Assembly (NCBI GenBank): GCA_965235115.1
Contig: OZ249437.1
Coordinates: 30,628,001 to 30,692,000 of the forward strand
DNA length: 64,000 nt
Source: Laetmonice hystrix
Taxonomy: Eukaryota
Direction: 5' to 3'
Under the pieces are notes generated by a model. The model saw only the letters and a list, made by a program, of their open reading frames with translations, had not been told where the DNA came from and searched no databases. The translations under genes and the position numbers were made by a program. Positions 59,620 through 64,000 of the stretch are shown here, one piece after another (position 1 is the stretch's first letter; each line of letters starts with the position of its first letter).

Positions 59620-61325
59620 AGGTTAAATTAAACTTCACATCAAGGAAGTGGGAATACAAGAGACACTAACCACCCAAACATGTGACCCTGCATCTGGGGT
59701 TAATAAGACAAACTTAATATGAAAAACTCTTACTTGTAAGTAATTGTTATTTGGACAAATATACAGTTTTTCTTGCCTAGGTCAAACTGCTTTTCCGTGC
59801 AAAAACTTATCCCACGTAAAACGTATCACAATGCATGCTAATTCTTTCACATCTCCTCGCTATGTGTGCAAATCACAACTTTCTGTTGTGTCCACCTTCC
59901 TTTAACACGACGATAAATATTAATAGAGTGATATATTTTGTCAATTTTAATTTTAAGAAAGGGACATGCCAGGTTCCGACTTTTCATTAATGTACATACC
60001 GGCATGAGTTTGCCATTTTGGAAATTTAGGGTCGTCAGTCGCGTTCAGGGTTATATTTTTGGGGTGAGAATTGTTATTCGTTCTGTCAGTAGGTGGCTGC
60101 ATGGGCCCATTGTTTGCCGGTCTCACAAGGATTATTAATGTTGATGATAGGATAATGGACATCCTAGTTTCGATTACAGCTGACCTATCCGCGAGTACAT
60201 ACACGGAATGACAATGATGACAGGTGACGGCTAAGAGTGCATTTTTGCCCAGTTTATAATAAGGAAAATGATGAAAGGTAATGGTCACTTCTCCCCTTGT
60301 AACAATGACAAAGATTGCCAGTACAAAGGACTACCATACAATTCGACCCCTGCACAGAAAGCTAACATGTGTTGCCACTAAACCCATAAAGTAAATACGG
60401 GCGGCATACTTGAGTTAAGGTGACAACCTCAAAGATTGCCCGGGGGTTTGCCCAGTAGGCAGGTGAGCTACGTCCATAAAAGAGGTGGAAAACTATTGTA
60501 ACGTTCATCTCTCATGTTTGTCCACATGCACGACATTCGCTTCTCCAGTCATGACATCTAAAACCGGGAAGTAAGGTGCTCTATACTGAGTGGATGTCCT
60601 GACACTAAACTAGTAAAACAAATCTGGCATCAAAGCTGCTGTCCACACTAAAACCACAGGTCATCTCGGCAACACTCTGTCTAGGCTACTGTTAAAATAA
60701 ACTAAGATAAAAGCTACAAGTTTGACACATTTAAATTAGAATGTAAAAGAAAGAAAGATTTCAGAAATGTCTGACCAAGAAGTTTTCCTAAAACAAGAGG
60801 TAGGCTAAAGCATCGGTACAATTATAGAACAATTATAGTACCAAAGGCCTGCATTTCTGATTCAAGTAGGTGCAGGCCTACACAAGGAAAGAAACCTGCT
60901 GTCAAACTTGTATGGAAATTGGAGCGATCGGCGGCATCATGGAAGTCGGGTACAAAAACTAGACAGCCCCTGTTATGGAGGCAATTTCGTATTAAAGATT
61001 AAAAGCTGGCTTCGCTAGACTTTTAACACTTTGAAACAAGGTGAAAAGGTCAACGGTAAATGCTCAGGAGACAGGGTCAAATCTGATCAAAATGATAAAA
61101 CTAGTTTATCAATGCTGGCTCGACCAGCAGTTAGCTGAATCGGAAGTTCAAAGGGCCCATATAGCCTACAGAGTACCCGTATGCCTGACGCGTGCCCTTG
61201 CCAATGCCCCCTTATTCATCCTCGCCTGTCAGTTTTGTGTAATGCAGAAATCAACTTTTTAGTAGGCTATATTCATGAAGAAGCCTGTGTACAACGTGGC
61301 TTTTCGTTGTGCTTTTCGTCATATC

Positions 61326-61509
61326 CAGTGGCGGATTCAAGCCCCCCCCCCCCCCTATTTTTGAAACTCTTGCCTATTTTCTATGTTTCATGCGTAAAAA
61401 CAATGGAATTTTGTTGAAAGATTTGGGAAACATTTCTACTCTACATGTTCAGAAAATACGTCTCCGACGTTCCTGAAAAAAAAAATTCTGGGGAAGGGAT
61501 CCGCCATTG
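61326..61509. mobile_element. hAT-like MITE with a 5-bp TSD (ATATC)
   Basis: Ends cagtggcggattc / gatccgccattg; ATATC at 61321-61325 and 61510-61514. Confidence 0.85.
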
Positions 61510-61547
61510 ATATCCATCATATAACATACAACATGGGAGACATCAGA

Positions 61548-61802
61548 TGGGTTTCCATACGAGTTCCCCCTTCGCGTGTCACGTTCCACGGTTCACGCGT
61601 GAATAGAAGAATGTGCAAGTCATTTTCAAAGTGACTTCACGTGTCACCCTCATGTCACGAGTCACGCGTGAATCAATGAACGAGCTTGTTTTCCCTGACG
61701 TGAAACGTCAACGTGAACTTGGTGGAAACCGTCAAAAAAGTGAACCGTGAAACGTGAGCCGTGGTTTCCATAGGTTGAAGCGGGAACTCCTATGGAAACC
61801 CA
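61548..61802. mobile_element. Palindromic MITE
   Basis: TIR tgggtttccatacgagttccc / gggaactcctatggaaaccca; internal cacg/cgtg-rich repeats. Confidence 0.75.
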
Positions 61803-62246
61803 GCCTTTGAGCCATTTCACTCAGAAAAATGATATTGAAGTACATGGGTATCACTTTCGAATACACTGTAGTGGAAGGTTACGTACGCACCAATTGTACT
61901 GGGCCTGGATAGGTCAAGGCAGTGCAACGACCTACGTACAGTGCCAGCTCGTTCAATTTTCGCGCACCCAACTGTAAGGGGCCGCCATAATGTTACGTTT
62001 CCTGTCACTATGTCATTGGGTTGCTCGAGTTCAAAGGCGCCCACCCTGATGGCCAAGGCCAATTTTGATACATAATATGTATGCATGACTTGAGACTGTT
62101 TTGAGTAAATATTATGGCGTCAGCCACTTCTGACATACGGATGATTTGAGGGAGTTTTTTTTATATTCTATACTAGTCTACATTGTACTCCAAAACAAAG
62201 CATGCCCGATATTTATCAAAAATTGGTTTCAGCATCACAAACCTAC

Positions 62247-62430
62247 GGCAGCTGCAGTAACTCAACACTAACTTTCTTGAGGTGATATTGAGATCCTTTG
62301 GTGAAATTCGACAGAAAAAAGGAAACAAAAGTTATATGATGAGAAAACAAGTCAATAAAGTGTCGCGAAAAGAAACGCTGACCTGTGTTTGAAGTTATGA
62401 CCTCATAGGCGGCGGAAGCGGGAGGGGCTC
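62247..62430 (-). promoter_or_regulatory. Candidate promoter and non-coding first exon of SLC4-B
   Basis: Minus-strand donor GTAGGT at 62246-62241, CpG-rich ggcggcggaagcggg at about 62408-62423, and a candidate acceptor (ttattaaccccag) near 59694 upstream of the ATG exon; speculative. Confidence 0.25.
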
Positions 62431-64000
62431 TCAATAATCCTGTCCTCTGTATTTTTTATGGCATATTATTAATTATTCTTATAGATCTATTTTTGTATTT
62501 ATATGATACAACCATGTTCTACTACCTTAAGCCAACTGGCCTCCCCCAATATTGCATCAAGCCATGCCCCCTCCCCAATATATGCCTATTATCTGTTGCA
62601 CCGCTACGCAGGATGTGCATCTGTGATAGCAGTAGTAGAGAATTCAACAGATTAAACCTTTAATCTGATCTAGGCACTTTATCTTCTTAATACTGCAAAC
62701 ACCCATCATACTGAGCCACCACGGCCGACATAGCGGTAAAATATTTGGAGCCCGGAGTCTGGAAACTGGGACGTTCTGCTGATTTGATAGATACTACAAC
62801 CTCCTACAGACTTCTACAGACTTATGTATTCATATCATTATCCATAAACCGAATCACTTGTGACATGACATATCTGACCTCAATATGTTGTTGTCCTCAC
62901 CTTTAGCAGATACATTCTTTGATTAGCCTATGGACACAGCGATACGTATGCAATTATTCACACCAACAGTGGTCCTCAAACTGATAATATACGACAGCAT
63001 CACCTTTTACAGGGCACTACATCAAACTGAAGATACTAAGATATTCTTAAATACATCTTCCCCCATCATCCAGCCTTACAATATCACATCTCCTCGAGGT
63101 ACAAATACATTTACTTCAGCATGACCTTCAGCAACATGGTTCAGAGTTTCGCCCAAGACACACTTCTTGAAAATATGCAGAAATATTTTAAAATAATTAT
63201 CTAATAGTCTAAATTATGTACAAAAATTGTCGTTTTCCTGTGACTAATTACGGGGGAAAAACGGGTACAAGAGGATCGATTTTTTCAAATCAGTGGAAAA
63301 TATCCGAATTTGCGCGCATATTTTGCAAGGACATATATCCAAAATGAAGTAATTAGTGGCAGTATTCTATAGTTAAAGACTCCAAGTATGATACAAAAGT
63401 ATTTCAAATGGTCGTCAAATGAAGGATGCCACTTTTTTCAACTTCTTCATGGTACATGAGCGTGCATCTGATTCTCCCCTGGGCTCCTTTGTTATATTTC
63501 TTAACCAAATTTATTGGGACAAGTTGATCTACCGGTCATCGTAGTTGCTTAGAAGTAAGGTACGTCTGAGGGCGGATGTTGTCTCATATAGAGTGCTACC
63601 TGTAGGCCTTAATACATCTTCATGGCAATAACAGATTGTTAATAATAAAATCTATACAAATTTTGCATCAATATGCGGCGATTTTCGTGATATCGACGTT
63701 TTAATAGAATTCGAACCATTGATTTGTGAGAAATCGCTGTCCCCGAATGTAGGCCTACGGTAGTACGAGGGTGAAGGAAAAGTCCCGTTTACTGGGACGT
63801 AAACAGGCAGTTGCGATCAAAACAAGGTTGTCAGGAGTAGCAGTCAACCATGTCATCAAACCTGAAAATGAATTGCGAGGGCCACTTCATTGAACACTTT
63901 ACATGTCACTATTCGGTGACGTACTGACCTACATCGAGGTCAGAACCTTCATGTTTTACACCGATTTTCCGCGCCCCACGTGACACGGCCAGCCACATGT

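Noticed and set aside
59953-60288. 111-aa ORF upstream of SLC4-B
   Set aside because: No recognisable domain and no usable donor to link it to SLC4-B.
61817-62086. 89-aa ORF with protein-like composition
   Set aside because: No recognisable family or convincing splice context; possibly decayed TE sequence.
1-64000. tRNA, rRNA or other structured ncRNA genes
   Set aside because: No cloverleaf, A/B-box pair or rRNA-like sequence was recognised; the hairpins seen are better explained as palindromic MITEs.

Overview
Intron-rich, AT-rich animal genomic DNA, probably from a marine invertebrate deuterostome such as an echinoderm (inferred from gene style, poly-G/C-laden MITEs and TAGGCCTA enrichment). 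Six spliced genes were rebuilt by hand from phase-consistent splice sites. (1) The 3' eight exons of an SLC4 anion-exchanger paralog, 'SLC4-A' (+, 184-4064; its 5' part lies left of the window). (2) A KCNMB/BK-beta-like two-TM protein (-, 7792-9771). (3) ITPA with an extra N-terminal exon (-, 11308-14919). (4) An uncharacterised COG4339-type HD phosphohydrolase (-, 17473-19830). (5) TRMT13 (-, 14 exons, 20820-30102). (6) A complete AE2-like SLC4 gene, 'SLC4-B' (-, 23 exons, 1327 aa, 35206-59619). Introns and spacers hold many MITEs (hAT-like with 5- and 6-bp TSDs, Harbinger-like palindromes, a Tc1/pogo-like element with nested inserts), a Tc1 transposase fragment and a Gypsy integrase relic. 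The most striking signal is the tail-to-tail SLC4 pair. The TM8-TM10 exons are 97-99% identical, which looks like gene conversion, except for sharp islands of near-total divergence that fall on the anion-binding residues. SLC4-A has replaced the family's acidic residue (AE1 E681 equivalent) with Ser-His, rewritten the TM10 site and lost the C-terminal targeting tail. This suggests a neofunctionalised SLC4 with altered substrate or coupling. No rRNA, tRNA or CRISPR features were seen.
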